Shown here: in pieces, positions 29,249 through 39,264 of the stretch | Layout: each line of letters starts with the position of its first letter | How positions within the stretch are numbered: the first letter of the stretch is position 1 | Origin: Defluviicoccus sp. | GTDB lineage: Bacteria; Pseudomonadota; Alphaproteobacteria; MPNO01 | Assembly (NCBI GenBank): GCA_022826125.1 | Contig: JAJDVM010000217.1 | Span: forward strand, 313 to 64,312 | Reading direction: 5' to 3' | Length of the DNA: 64,000 bases | Notes under the pieces: model-generated | What the model was told of the DNA's origin: nothing | Databases searched by the model: none | The model's input: only the letters and a program-made list of their open reading frames with translations | Program-made: the position numbers and the translations under genes

Positions 29249-30597
29249 TGCCGTTCACCGTCGCCATCGTCGGGCGGCCCAATGTCGGCAAGTCGACCCT
29301 GTTCAACCGCCTCGTCGGCCGCCGCCAGGCCCTGGTGCACCCGGCGCCCGGCGTGACCCGCGACCGCCGCGAGGGCGAGGGGAGCCTCCTGGGCCTGTCC
29401 TTCAAGGCGATCGACACCGCGGGGCTCGAGGACGAGCGCGGGGAGACGCTGGCCGGCCGCATGCAGGTCCAGACCGCACGCGCCATCGACGAGGCCGACG
29501 TGCTGCTGATGCTGATCGACGCCCGCGCCGGGGTCACGCCTCTCGACTCCCACTTCGCCGACATGCTGAGGCGGGTCTCGAAGCCGGTCGTGCTGGCTGC
29601 GAACAAGTGCGAGGGCGGCGCCGGCGCGGCCGGCCTGATCGAGGCCTACGGGCTCGGCCTCGGCGAGCCGGTGCCGATCTCCGCCGAGCACGGGGAGGGG
29701 CTCTCCGCGCTCTACGACGTCATCGCGCCGCACGCCGAAGCGGCCGGCCCGGGCGAGGACGGGGACGCGGACGCCGAGGGCGGACCGCTCAACCTCGCGA
29801 TCGTCGGGCGGCCCAATGTCGGCAAGTCCACGCTGGTCAACCGGTTGCTGGACGACGAGCGGGTCCTCACCGGCCCCGAGCCCGGCGTGACCCGGGACTC
29901 GATCTGGGTCGACTGGTCGTGGCGCGGGCGCGACATAAGGCTGATCGACACCGCCGGGCTCCGCCGCAAGGCGCGGGTCAGCGAGCGCCTGGAGCGTCTG
30001 ACCGCCGCCGACACCGCGAACGCGATACGCTTCGCGCATGTCGCGGTGCTGCTGGTCGACGGGCTCGAGGGGCTGGAGAAGAGCGACCTCGCCATCGCGC
30101 GGCAGATCGCCGAGGAGGGCCGCGCGATGGTGCTGGCGGTCAACAAGTGGGACGCGGTCGAGGACAGGAGCGGCCGCATGAGCCGGATCGGCGACCGGCT
30201 GGAGCGGTCGCTGCCGCAGGTCCGGGGACTCCCGGTTCTCACCCTGTCCGCCCTGACCGGGCGCGGCGTGAACGGGCTGTTGCCGAAGGCGTTCGAGATC
30301 TACGAGGTGTGGAACCGCCGGGTCGACACGGGACCGCTCAACCGCTGGTTCGCCGATGCGGTCGACCGCCACCCGCCGCCCATCGTCGACGGACGCCGGC
30401 TGAGGCTGCGCTACATCACCCAGGTCAAGGCGCGCCCCCCGACCTTCGCGCTCTTCACCACGCGCCCGTCGGCGGTACCCGAATCCTATCTGCGCTATCT
30501 GACCAACGGGTTGCGCGACGATTTCGGTCTGCCGGGCGTGCCGATCCGGATCGCGCTCCGCAAGGGCCGGAATCCCTACGTGGCGGAACGGGGATGA
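29248..30597 (+). CDS. der: ribosome biogenesis GTPase Der
   Basis: Two GRPNVGKS motifs, DTAGL, NKWD, C-terminal KH-like domain. Confidence 0.97.
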   Translation: MPFTVAIVGRPNVGKSTLFNRLVGRRQALVHPAPGVTRDRREGEGSLLGLSFKAIDTAGLEDERGETLAGRMQVQTARAIDEADVLLMLIDARAGVTPLDSHFADMLRRVSKPVVLAANKCEGGAGAAGLIEAYGLGLGEPVPISAEHGEGLSALYDVIAPHAEAAGPGEDGDADAEGGPLNLAIVGRPNVGKSTLVNRLLDDERVLTGPEPGVTRDSIWVDWSWRGRDIRLIDTAGLRRKARVSERLERLTAADTANAIRFAHVAVLLVDGLEGLEKSDLAIARQIAEEGRAMVLAVNKWDAVEDRSGRMSRIGDRLERSLPQVRGLPVLTLSALTGRGVNGLLPKAFEIYEVWNRRVDTGPLNRWFADAVDRHPPPIVDGRRLRLRYITQVKARPPTFALFTTRPSAVPESYLRYLTNGLRDDFGLPGVPIRIALRKGRNPYVAERG

Positions 30598-30612
30598 TCG
30601 CCGGAGGCCGGT

Positions 30613-31335
30613 TCAGTAGGCGCGCACGATTTCGCCATGCCGCGTGCAGTCGGCGGCGGCGAGTTCGACGAAGATGTCGCCCAGCGCGTCCGGCGGCTTG
30701 AGCGTTTCGGGGTCCTCGCCGGGATAGGCCGCGGCGCGCATCGCGGTTCGCGTGCCGCCCGGATCGACGACGTTGACCCGCAGCCGCGTCCTCGCGGTCT
30801 CCGCCGCCCAGGAGAGCGCCATCGTCTCCAGCCCCGCCTTGGAGACCGCGTAGCTCCCCCAATAAGGGTGTCCGCCCCGCGCCGCGCCGGAGCCGACGAA
30901 GACCGCGCGGCCCGCCTCGACCGCGCGCAGGATCGGATCGAAGGCGCGGATCAGGCGGAAATTGGCGCCGAGATTGACGGCGAGCACCCGGTTCCATTCC
31001 TTCGGGTCGATCTGGTGCATCGGTCCCAGCGTCCCCAGCATCCCGGCGTTCGCCACCAGGATGTCGAGCCGGCCGAAACGCTCGGAGATCGCCGCCGCCA
31101 GCCGGTCCGCGGCGCCGGCATCGGCGAGGTCGATCTCCACCAGGGTGGCCGACCGTGCCCCGTTCGAAGCGGCCCGAATCTCGTCGTCGACCTCCTCCAA
31201 CCCGCCCACGCTGCGCGCCGCCAGCACCGGTCTCGCCCCCTCGGCGGCGAAGCGGCGCGCGACCGCGGCCCCGATCCCGCGCGACGCGCCCGTGATCAGG
31301 GCGACGCGCCCGTCGAGCCGGGGCGCCGCCGCCAT
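30613..31335 (-). CDS. SDR family oxidoreductase
   Basis: TGASRGIG, NAG, YAVSK. Confidence 0.9.
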   Translation of the reverse strand: MAAAPRLDGRVALITGASRGIGAAVARRFAAEGARPVLAARSVGGLEEVDDEIRAASNGARSATLVEIDLADAGAADRLAAAISERFGRLDILVANAGMLGTLGPMHQIDPKEWNRVLAVNLGANFRLIRAFDPILRAVEAGRAVFVGSGAARGGHPYWGSYAVSKAGLETMALSWAAETARTRLRVNVVDPGGTRTAMRAAAYPGEDPETLKPPDALGDIFVELAAADCTRHGEIVRAY

Positions 31336-32790
31336 TCAGTGCGTCTCCGCGAGCAGCGAGAGCTGGCCGTCGGTGTCTCCTTCGTAACGGTCGACGAGGG
31401 GGATGGGATAGCTGCCCGAAAAACAGGCATCGCAGAACCGCGGCGCCGTCTCGTCGCGGCCCGGCTCTCCCAGCGCGCGATAGAGCCCGTCGAGGGAGAG
31501 ATAGGCGAGGCTGTCGACGCCGATGAGCCGCATCATCTCCTCGACATTGTGGCGTGCCGCGAGGAGCTCGCTCCGTTCCGGCGTGTCCACGCCGTAGAAG
31601 CAGGAATGGGTGGTCGGAGGCGAGGCGATCCGCATGTGGACTTCCGCCGCGCCTGCGTTGCGCACCATCTCGACGATCTTGGTCGATGTCGTGCCGCGGA
31701 CGATGCTGTCGTCGACCAGGATCACCCGCTTGCCGCGGATCAGGTTGCGGTTCGCGTTGTGCTTGAGCTTGACGCCGAGATGGCGGATGCGGTCGGTGGG
31801 TTCGATGAAGGTGCGCCCGACATAGTGGTTGCGGATGATGCCGATCTCGTAGGGGATCGCGGCCTCGCGGGCGTAGCCGAGCGCCGCCGGCACGCCGGAG
31901 TCGGGGATCGGGATCACCAGGTCGGCCTCGACCGGTTGCTCGCGGGCGAGCTCCTCGCCGATGCGCCGGCGCGCCTCGTACACGTTGACCGAATCGACCG
32001 TCGAGTCGGGCCGCGAAAAGTAGATGTATTCGAACACGCAGAACCGCCTCGGGCGGGGCGCGAACGGGGCGAAGCTCTCCACCCCCGCCGCGCCGATCGT
32101 CACGATCTCGCCCGGCTCGACGTCGCGCACATACTCCGCGCCGATGATGTCGAGCGCGCAGGTCTCCGAGGCGAGGATCCAGCCCTCCCCGATGCGCCCC
32201 AGCACCAGGGGCCGCACGCCGAGCGGGTCCCGGACGCCGATCAGCGCCGTGTCGGTCATCGCCACGAGGGAATAGGCGCCGACGATCTGTTCCAGCGCGT
32301 CCACCAGCCGGTCGACCAGCGCATCCTTCGACGAGGTCGCGATCAGATGGACGATGACCTCGGTGTCGGTGGTGGAATGGAACAGGCATCCGCGCTCCAC
32401 CAGCGCGCGGCGGATGCGCCGCGCGTTGGTGAGGTTGCCGTTATGCCCGATCGCGAAACCGCCCGACGAAAGGTCCGCGAACAAAGGCTGGATGTTGCGC
32501 AGCACCGCCTCGCCGGTGGTCGAATAGCGGTTGTGGCCCATCGCCCGGTCGCCGGGGAGGCGCCGGATCACCTCTTCGTCGCTGAAATTCTCGCCCACCT
32601 CGCCGGGCGCGTGGTGGCTGTGGAACCGCGCGCCGTCGAAGGAGACGATCCCGGCCGCTTCCTGTCCGCGATGCTGGAGCGCGTGCAGGCCGAGCGCGGT
32701 CAGCGCGGCGGCGTCGGCGTGATTCCACACGCCGAATACGCCGCACTCCTCGCGCGGCTTGTCGTCGGTCTCGCCGGTCGAAAAGGCCAT
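31336..32790 (-). CDS. purF: amidophosphoribosyltransferase
   Basis: EECGVFG, LQHRGQE, HNRYST, LVDDSIVRGTT. Confidence 0.97.
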   Translation of the reverse strand: MAFSTGETDDKPREECGVFGVWNHADAAALTALGLHALQHRGQEAAGIVSFDGARFHSHHAPGEVGENFSDEEVIRRLPGDRAMGHNRYSTTGEAVLRNIQPLFADLSSGGFAIGHNGNLTNARRIRRALVERGCLFHSTTDTEVIVHLIATSSKDALVDRLVDALEQIVGAYSLVAMTDTALIGVRDPLGVRPLVLGRIGEGWILASETCALDIIGAEYVRDVEPGEIVTIGAAGVESFAPFAPRPRRFCVFEYIYFSRPDSTVDSVNVYEARRRIGEELAREQPVEADLVIPIPDSGVPAALGYAREAAIPYEIGIIRNHYVGRTFIEPTDRIRHLGVKLKHNANRNLIRGKRVILVDDSIVRGTTSTKIVEMVRNAGAAEVHMRIASPPTTHSCFYGVDTPERSELLAARHNVEEMMRLIGVDSLAYLSLDGLYRALGEPGRDETAPRFCDACFSGSYPIPLVDRYEGDTDGQLSLLAETH

Positions 32791-32801
32791 GCGCGCCCCG
32801 C

Positions 32802-33458
32802 TCACTGGTTGGCGTTGAAGAGGCGGTCCATCTCGCGCCGTTCGTCCTTGCTGTAGCCGGATTTCTCCTGCGGTTCCGGCTTCTCGGGAACGGGTGTCAT
32901 CAACCGTTTGGCGTCCTCGCCCGCATCGGCCGGCACGGCCGGGGAGACCTCTTCGGCGCCGCTGGCCCTGCGCCATTCTTCCGGCAGCCAGGACAGAAGC
33001 GAGCGCGCGGTCCATCCCAGCAGCGGCGCGGTCCGGGACCCCTGCAGCCATTCCGGCCGCTCGCTTTCCCGGGACGGGATTTCGAGCAGGCGTTCGGCCA
33101 CCAGGTAGGCGCCCGAGGTTATCACGATACCGAGCGCGAGCCCGGCCACCAGGCCGAGCGAGCGGTCGACCGCGCCCAGCGCGGTTCCCCGCACCCTCTC
33201 CGCGATCATATGCGTCAGCACGGTAAAGAGCACCAGCCCGACGACAAAGATCGACCCGCCCGCCGCGAGGTCGGCGAGGAGGGGGCTCTCGATCCAGTCC
33301 CGCGCGGTGGGTCGAAGGAGCGGCAAACCGTAAACGGTCAGAATCGCCGCGCCGATCCAGCTGCCGATCCCCAGCAGCACCCGCACCACGCCGAGCCACA
33401 GCCCGAGCAGCGCGGCCAGCACCACGAGCGCGATTACCGCGAGGTCGAGCGGAGACAC
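32802..33458 (-). CDS. cvpA: CvpA family protein
   Basis: Multi-TM protein with DRSLG; upstream of purF. Confidence 0.85.
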   Translation of the reverse strand: MSPLDLAVIALVVLAALLGLWLGVVRVLLGIGSWIGAAILTVYGLPLLRPTARDWIESPLLADLAAGGSIFVVGLVLFTVLTHMIAERVRGTALGAVDRSLGLVAGLALGIVITSGAYLVAERLLEIPSRESERPEWLQGSRTAPLLGWTARSLLSWLPEEWRRASGAEEVSPAVPADAGEDAKRLMTPVPEKPEPQEKSGYSKDERREMDRLFNANQ

Positions 33459-33459
33459 G

Positions 33460-34866
33460 TCAGGCCTCCTGCCGCCGCGGCCAGCCCGCGTCCCGCGCCG
33501 GTCGGGGCGGTCCGAACATCGCGACGAGATCGTTCAGGTGGTCGATCGCCGTCACCTCGATTTCCGCGTTCGGCGCCTGTTCGCCGCCGCTGCGGGTCGG
33601 CGCCACGGCGCGCGAGAAGCCGAGCTTGGCCGCTTCGCGCAGCCTGAGCGCCGGCCGGCCGACGCCCCGGACCTCTCCGCCGAGACCGATTTCGCCGAAC
33701 ATGACGGCATCCGCCGGGGCGGGCCGGTCCGATACCGCCGACAGCACCGCGCCGGCCACGGCGAGGTCGGCGGCGGGCTCGGCGATCCGCATCCCGCCCG
33801 CGACGTTGAGATAGACGTCGCGGCCGGCGAGGCCGATCCCGCAGCGCGTCTCGAGCACCGCGAGCACCATCGCGAGCCGGGCGGAGTCCCAGCCGACGAC
33901 CGCGCGCCGGGGCGTGGCGAGCGGCGAGGGGGATACCAGCGCCTGGATCTCGACCAGCACCGGGCGGGTCCCTTCCATGCCGGCGAACACGGCGGCGCCC
34001 GGGACGTCGTCCTGGCGCTCGGCGAGAAACAGCGCCGAGGGGTTGGAGACCTCGATCAGGCCGCGGCCGGTCATCTCGAACACGCCGATCTCGTCGGTCG
34101 GGCCGAACCTGTTCTTCAGGCCGCGCAGCAGGCGGAATTCATGGCCGCTCTTGCCTTCGAAATAGAACACGCCATCGACCATGTGTTCGAGCACACGCGG
34201 ACCCGCGATGGAACCGTCCTTGGTGACGTGTCCGACCAGCAGGAGGCAAAACCCGCGGCGCTTCGCGAGCTGGATCAACTCCTGCGCGCTGGCGCGAACC
34301 TGGCCGACCGTACCGGGCGCCGACTCCAGCGTGTCCACATACATGGTCTGGATCGAATCGACCACTACCGCCCGCGGCGGCTCGCCGCTCTCCAGGGTGG
34401 CGACGATGTCGCGGACGCTGGTCGCGGCGGCGAGCCCCACCGGGGCCTCGCCGAGCCCGAGCCGCCGGGCGCGCAATCGAATCTGGTCCGTCGCCTCCTC
34501 GCCCGAGATGTAGACCACCGGCGCCGTCGCGGCGAGCGCCCCGGCAACCTGCAGCAGCATGGTCGACTTGCCGATGCCGGGATCGCCCCCGATCAGCAGC
34601 GCCGAGCCGTCGACCATCCCGCCTCCGGTGACCCGGTCGAACTCGGCGATGCCGCACGCCAGACGCGGCGGATCGGAGTCGCTGCCGGCGAGGGAGACCA
34701 GCTCGATCGTCTTCCCCCGGCCCGCCCCCAGCCCGCGCGGAGCGGCGGGGCGCGCCTCTTCCTCGACGATCGCGTTCCATGCGCCGCACGCGTCGCACCT
34801 GCCGCTCCACTTGGGAAAGACGGCGCCGCATTCCTGGCAGACATACCGGCTGGCCTGACGGGCCAT
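33460..34866 (-). CDS. radA: DNA repair protein RadA
   Basis: C4 zinc finger, GGDPGIGKST, KNRFG. Confidence 0.97.
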   Translation of the reverse strand: MARQASRYVCQECGAVFPKWSGRCDACGAWNAIVEEEARPAAPRGLGAGRGKTIELVSLAGSDSDPPRLACGIAEFDRVTGGGMVDGSALLIGGDPGIGKSTMLLQVAGALAATAPVVYISGEEATDQIRLRARRLGLGEAPVGLAAATSVRDIVATLESGEPPRAVVVDSIQTMYVDTLESAPGTVGQVRASAQELIQLAKRRGFCLLLVGHVTKDGSIAGPRVLEHMVDGVFYFEGKSGHEFRLLRGLKNRFGPTDEIGVFEMTGRGLIEVSNPSALFLAERQDDVPGAAVFAGMEGTRPVLVEIQALVSPSPLATPRRAVVGWDSARLAMVLAVLETRCGIGLAGRDVYLNVAGGMRIAEPAADLAVAGAVLSAVSDRPAPADAVMFGEIGLGGEVRGVGRPALRLREAAKLGFSRAVAPTRSGGEQAPNAEIEVTAIDHLNDLVAMFGPPRPARDAGWPRRQEA

Positions 34867-34905
34867 TCTCGACGTCTCCCGCGGCGGGTTACGCGTCTCC
34901 GCCGC

Positions 34906-35706
34906 TCAGGCCGCGTGGACGGCCGTGCGGATCGGGCCTTCCGTCCGGCCGTGGATGAACTGATCGACCGCTTCGTTGCCGCTCTCGTCGACATCCCCGG
35001 CGGGACCGGCCCATATGATCCTGCCTTCGTGGATCATCGCGATCCGGTCCGCGATCTTGCGCGCGCTCGCCATGTCGTGGGTGATGGTGAGCGCCGTCGC
35101 GCCCAGGCTCCGCACGCATTCCACGATCAGGTCGTTGATGATCTCGCCCATGATCGGACCCAGCCCGGTCGTGGGTTCGTCGAAGAACAGGGTTTGCGGC
35201 TCGGCCGCGATCGCGCGCGCGAGACCGACCCGCTTTTGCATGCCGGTCGAGAGCTCCTCCGGGTAGCGGTCCGCCTGGGCGGGGCCGAGCCCTACCAGCG
35301 CCAGCTTGACGATCGCCGCCTCGCGCGCCTCGTCCCGGGGCAAGCCGCGGTTGTGGATCAGCCCGAACGCCACATTTTCCCATACCGGCATGCTGTCGAA
35401 CAGCGCCGCGCCCTGAAACAGCACCCCGAAGCCGGCGAGGATCCTGTCGCGCGCCGCTCCCGCGAGTCCCACCGTCTCCTTGCCGTCGATCTCGATGCTG
35501 CCCGCGTCCGGCCGCATGAGGCCGACGATGTTCTTGACCAGGACCGATTTGCCGGTCCCCGACCTGCCGATCACCGCCAGGGACTCGCCGCGCGCGATAT
35601 CGAGATCGAGCCCGTCGAGCACGCGGTTGGTCCCGAAGGCCTTGCAAAGGCCCCGCACGCGGATCGTCGGGACGGCGGCGTCGGTCGGGGTTCCGGTTGC
35701 GGTCAT
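34906..35706 (-). CDS. mlaF: MlaF-like ABC ATPase
   Basis: GRSGTGKS, FQGAALFDS, LSTGMQKRV, FDEPTTGL. Confidence 0.85.
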   Translation of the reverse strand: MTATGTPTDAAVPTIRVRGLCKAFGTNRVLDGLDLDIARGESLAVIGRSGTGKSVLVKNIVGLMRPDAGSIEIDGKETVGLAGAARDRILAGFGVLFQGAALFDSMPVWENVAFGLIHNRGLPRDEAREAAIVKLALVGLGPAQADRYPEELSTGMQKRVGLARAIAAEPQTLFFDEPTTGLGPIMGEIINDLIVECVRSLGATALTITHDMASARKIADRIAMIHEGRIIWAGPAGDVDESGNEAVDQFIHGRTEGPIRTAVHAA

Positions 35707-36476
35707 CGCGTGAAGAACGCCTCGGTGATCAGGTAGTTGAACGCGAGGATGAGCACGGACGCGGACACCACCGCGTTCGTCGTCGCCGCGCCGACGCCCT
35801 GCGCCCCGCCCCGCGAGTAGTAGCCGTGGTAGCAGCCCATCAGGGCGATCAGGAAGCCGAAGACCGCGGCCTTGACCAGCCCGGAGACCACGTCGAGCAC
35901 TTCGAGATACTGATAGGTGCTCTGGAGATACGCCGCCGTGTTGAAGCCGAGCTTGTTGATCGCCACCAGATAGCCGCCGAAGACGCCGATGACGTCGGCC
36001 GCGAGCACGCAAAGCGGCAGGGTGAGGGTGCCGGCGATGAGGCGCGGCGCGACCAGGTACTTGAAGGGGTTGGTCGAAAGCGCCGTCAGCGCGTCGATCT
36101 GCTCGGTGACCCGCATGGTGCCGATCTCGGCCGCCATCGCCGCGCCGATCCGGCCGGCCACCATCAGCCCGGCGAGGACCGGGGCCAGCTCGCGGGTGAT
36201 CGACAGCACGACGATCACCGCGACCGCGCTCTCGGCGTTGAACCGCGAGAATCCGCTGTAGCTCTGCAGCGCCAGCACCATCCCGGTGAAGAGCGCCGTC
36301 AGGCCGACCACCGGCAGGGAGTAATACCCCACCTCGATCATCTGGCGGCCGATCAGGCGGAAGTGGAACGGCGGGCGGACGCAATGCATCGCTCCGGTGC
36401 CGGCAAACAGCGTCAGGCGACCGGCGGCGGCCAGGAAGTTGAGCGTCGCGCGCCCGACCGAGGCAACGGCGTTCAT
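35703..36476 (-). CDS. mlaE: MlaE family ABC permease
   Basis: RELAPV, AEIGTMRVTEQIDAL, GAQGVG.ATT. Confidence 0.9.
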   Translation of the reverse strand: MNAVASVGRATLNFLAAAGRLTLFAGTGAMHCVRPPFHFRLIGRQMIEVGYYSLPVVGLTALFTGMVLALQSYSGFSRFNAESAVAVIVVLSITRELAPVLAGLMVAGRIGAAMAAEIGTMRVTEQIDALTALSTNPFKYLVAPRLIAGTLTLPLCVLAADVIGVFGGYLVAINKLGFNTAAYLQSTYQYLEVLDVVSGLVKAAVFGFLIALMGCYHGYYSRGGAQGVGAATTNAVVSASVLILAFNYLITEAFFTR

Positions 36477-37564
36477 TCGCGGGTCCCGTTCCCGCCGCCG
36501 CGATAGACGCGCCGGACGCGCCCCCCGATCCGCGCGAGAATCTCGTAGCCGATCGTGCCGGCCTCCGCGGCGAGGGCGTCGGCGTCGTGGCCGTCGCCGA
36601 TCAGATCGACGGCCCGGCCCGGGCGCACGAGGTCGGGTGCAATTCCGGTTACGTCAAGGGTGGCGAGATCCATGGAAACCCGTCCGACGAGCGGCACCGG
36701 CCTGCCTGCGATGCGCCCGCTGCCGCTGTCGCCCAGCGCGCGCGGCAGCCCGTCAGCGTAGCCCATCGCGATGGTCGCGAGCGTGGAACCGGCGGCGATC
36801 AGGCGGTCGGCACCGTATCCAACGGGTGTTTCGGAGTCAACGAAACGCGTCTGGAGGATCCTCGCCTGCAACCGGACGACGCGCCTCATCCCGTTCCTCC
36901 GTCCGGAGACGACGGAGAGCCCGTAGAGCGCGGCGCCCGGGCGAACCGTGCCGTAATGGAAGTCCGGTCCGAGAAAGATCCCCGCGGAGTTGGCGAACGA
37001 CGCGGGCGCGGCGGGAAGACGCGCCCGCATGTCGTCGAAGGCCGCCTTCTGGCGCGCGTTGAGCGGGTGGGCCGGCGTGTCGGCGCAGGCGAGATGGCTC
37101 ATCGCATAAGCGAGGTCGATCGCCGACAGGCGATCCGGTTCGGCGGAGAGCGTCGCCGTGTCGGACGCGCCGAGGCCGAGCCGGGTCATGCCGGTATCCA
37201 GCATCAGCGCCGCCCGCCGCCCGCCGCGATCGCGGGCGTGCCGGGACCAGATCGCCACGCCTTCGAGCGTGCCCAGAACCGGCGTGAGCGCATGGCGGTC
37301 GTAGCGCTCCGACTCGCCCTCCACTTCGCCGTCCAGCACGAGGATTTCCGCCGGCGCCTCCCCGAGCGACTGCCTGAGCTCGATGCCCTCCCGCGGGCTG
37401 GCGACAAAGAAAACCCTGCATCCCGCCCGGCTCAGCGCCGGGCCGACCTCGGAGGCGCCGAGCCCGTAGGCGTCCGCCTTCACCACCGCCGCGCATTCCG
37501 CGCCGGGCGCATGGCGGGCGAGCGTGCGCCAGTTCTCCGCGACCGCGTCGAGGTCGACGGTCAT
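36473..37564 (-). CDS. alr: alanine racemase
   Basis: AVVKADAYGLG, DTGM.RLG, SHLACAD, GYADG, GRVSMD; start may be CTG at 37594. Confidence 0.95.
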   Translation of the reverse strand: MTVDLDAVAENWRTLARHAPGAECAAVVKADAYGLGASEVGPALSRAGCRVFFVASPREGIELRQSLGEAPAEILVLDGEVEGESERYDRHALTPVLGTLEGVAIWSRHARDRGGRRAALMLDTGMTRLGLGASDTATLSAEPDRLSAIDLAYAMSHLACADTPAHPLNARQKAAFDDMRARLPAAPASFANSAGIFLGPDFHYGTVRPGAALYGLSVVSGRRNGMRRVVRLQARILQTRFVDSETPVGYGADRLIAAGSTLATIAMGYADGLPRALGDSGSGRIAGRPVPLVGRVSMDLATLDVTGIAPDLVRPGRAVDLIGDGHDADALAAEAGTIGYEILARIGGRVRRVYRGGGNGTRE

Positions 37565-37590
37565 CCACGCGCGCTCGGAGGGGCCGGCGT

Positions 37591-39081
37591 TCAGTAGTGC
37601 CCGTCCTCGGGATCTTCCAGATTGTCGAACTTCGTCACCTCGGCAAAGAAGCGGAGCATGATCCGCCCCGTCGGGCCGTGTCGCTGCTTGGCGACGATGA
37701 CTTCGGCGAGGCCGGACGCCTTGTTGCGGCGCTCTTCCCACTGCTGCTGACGCTCGGCGAACTTGGTCCCGTCCTCGTCCGCCCGCGGCGACGGTTGCTG
37801 CCGGTCGAGATAGTATTCCTCGCGGTAGATGAACATGACGACGTCGGCGTCCTGCTCGATCGTCCCCGATTCGCGAAGGTCGGCCAGCTGCGGGCGCTTG
37901 TCCTCGCGGTTCTCTACCGCGCGGGAGAGCTGGGAGAGCGCGAGCACCGGAACGTCGAGCTCCTTCGCCAGCGTCTTCAGGCCGCGGGTGATCTCCGAAA
38001 TCTCCTGGACCCGGCTCTCGTTGCGCGCGTTCCGCGAGCCCGAGACGAGCTGCAGGTAATCGACCACCAGCAGCGCCAGCCCGTGCTGGCGCTTGAGGCG
38101 TCGCGCCCGCGTCCGCAGCGCCGAAACGGTGAGCGCGGGCGTATCGTCGATATAGAAGGACAGGCCCTCGAGTTCCCCGCTGGCCCGCACCAGCTTTTCA
38201 AACTGGGGCTCGTTCAGCTCGCCGCGGCGAATCTTGTCGGAGGCGATCTGCGTCTGTTCGGCGACCATCCGGTTCGCCAGCTGCTCGGCCGACATCTCCA
38301 GCGAATAGAAGCCGACCACCGGGGCGCCCGCGCCCGGGTCCTTGGTCTCGGCGTCGACCGCGCGGGCGACGTTGAAGGCGATGTTGGTGGCAAGCGCCGT
38401 CTTGCCCATCGACGGGCGCCCCGCCAGCACGATCAGGTCCGACTTGTGCAGCCCGCCGAGCATCAGGTCGATCTGGGTGAAACCGCTCGGCACGCCCACG
38501 GTCTTGCCGTCGCGCTTGAACGCGGCCTGGGCCATGTTCACCGCTTCGGTGACCGCGTCTTTCAGGGACCGGAAACCGCCTTCGTAGTTGCCCGTGGTCG
38601 CGAGGTCGTAGAGGCTCTGTTCGGCGGTCTCGATCTGGTCGACGGCGGTCACCTCCAGATCGCCCGAGAACGCGTCGTTGACGACGTCGGTCCCGAGCTC
38701 GATCAGCTCGCGCCGAAGGTAGAGGTCGTGAATCAGCCGGCCGTAATCGGCGGCGTTGATGACCGTGGTCGCGTTGGCCGCGAGCCTCGCGACATAGGGC
38801 GCGCCGCCGATCGCGCGATAGACCTCGTCGGACTCGAAGAAATGGCGGAGCGTGGTCGGATCCGCCTTCTGGCCGCGTTCGATCAGCGTCTTGCAGGCGC
38901 TGTAGATGCGGCGGTGGAACTCTTCGCTGAAATGCTCGGCGGCGAGAAATTCCGAAACCCGCTCGAACGCCCGGTTGTTGATCAGGATCGCGCCGAGCAG
39001 CCCCATCTCCGCCTCGACGTTGGCGGGCGGGCTGCGATGCTCCTCGCGTTCGCTCTCGATGATGGAAACGGTTTCGGCCAC
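37591..39081 (-). CDS. dnaB: replicative DNA helicase
   Basis: AGRPSMGKT, VDYLQL, LSQLSR, DLRESGTIEQDAD, KQRHGP; GGGGAG RBS; no intein apparent. Confidence 0.97.
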   Translation of the reverse strand: MAETVSIIESEREEHRSPPANVEAEMGLLGAILINNRAFERVSEFLAAEHFSEEFHRRIYSACKTLIERGQKADPTTLRHFFESDEVYRAIGGAPYVARLAANATTVINAADYGRLIHDLYLRRELIELGTDVVNDAFSGDLEVTAVDQIETAEQSLYDLATTGNYEGGFRSLKDAVTEAVNMAQAAFKRDGKTVGVPSGFTQIDLMLGGLHKSDLIVLAGRPSMGKTALATNIAFNVARAVDAETKDPGAGAPVVGFYSLEMSAEQLANRMVAEQTQIASDKIRRGELNEPQFEKLVRASGELEGLSFYIDDTPALTVSALRTRARRLKRQHGLALLVVDYLQLVSGSRNARNESRVQEISEITRGLKTLAKELDVPVLALSQLSRAVENREDKRPQLADLRESGTIEQDADVVMFIYREEYYLDRQQPSPRADEDGTKFAERQQQWEERRNKASGLAEVIVAKQRHGPTGRIMLRFFAEVTKFDNLEDPEDGHY

Positions 39082-39177
39082 GCGCCACTCCCCCGGGTGC
39101 GGCAAGGACGGTAATCGAGCGCGGTCCGAATCGGTAGCGCCGCGGCCGCCGGGCCGCGTCTTTATTGGGGGCGAAAC

Positions 39178-39186
39178 TTATCCACA
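39178..39186 (+). promoter_or_regulatory. perfect DnaA box upstream of dnaB
   Basis: TTATCCACA; weaker inverted boxes at 39254-39262 and 40695-40703. Confidence 0.65.
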
Positions 39187-39264
39187 CGGCCCAAATCGCG
39201 GGGACATTGCGCCCGCCCGTCCGCCCAGCAAGGCCGGCCGGGGCGGCGCGGCGTGTGGATGGAC

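Noticed and set aside
39120-39264. oriC at the dnaB upstream region
   Set aside because: Only one perfect DnaA box, short interval and no AT-rich unwinding element.
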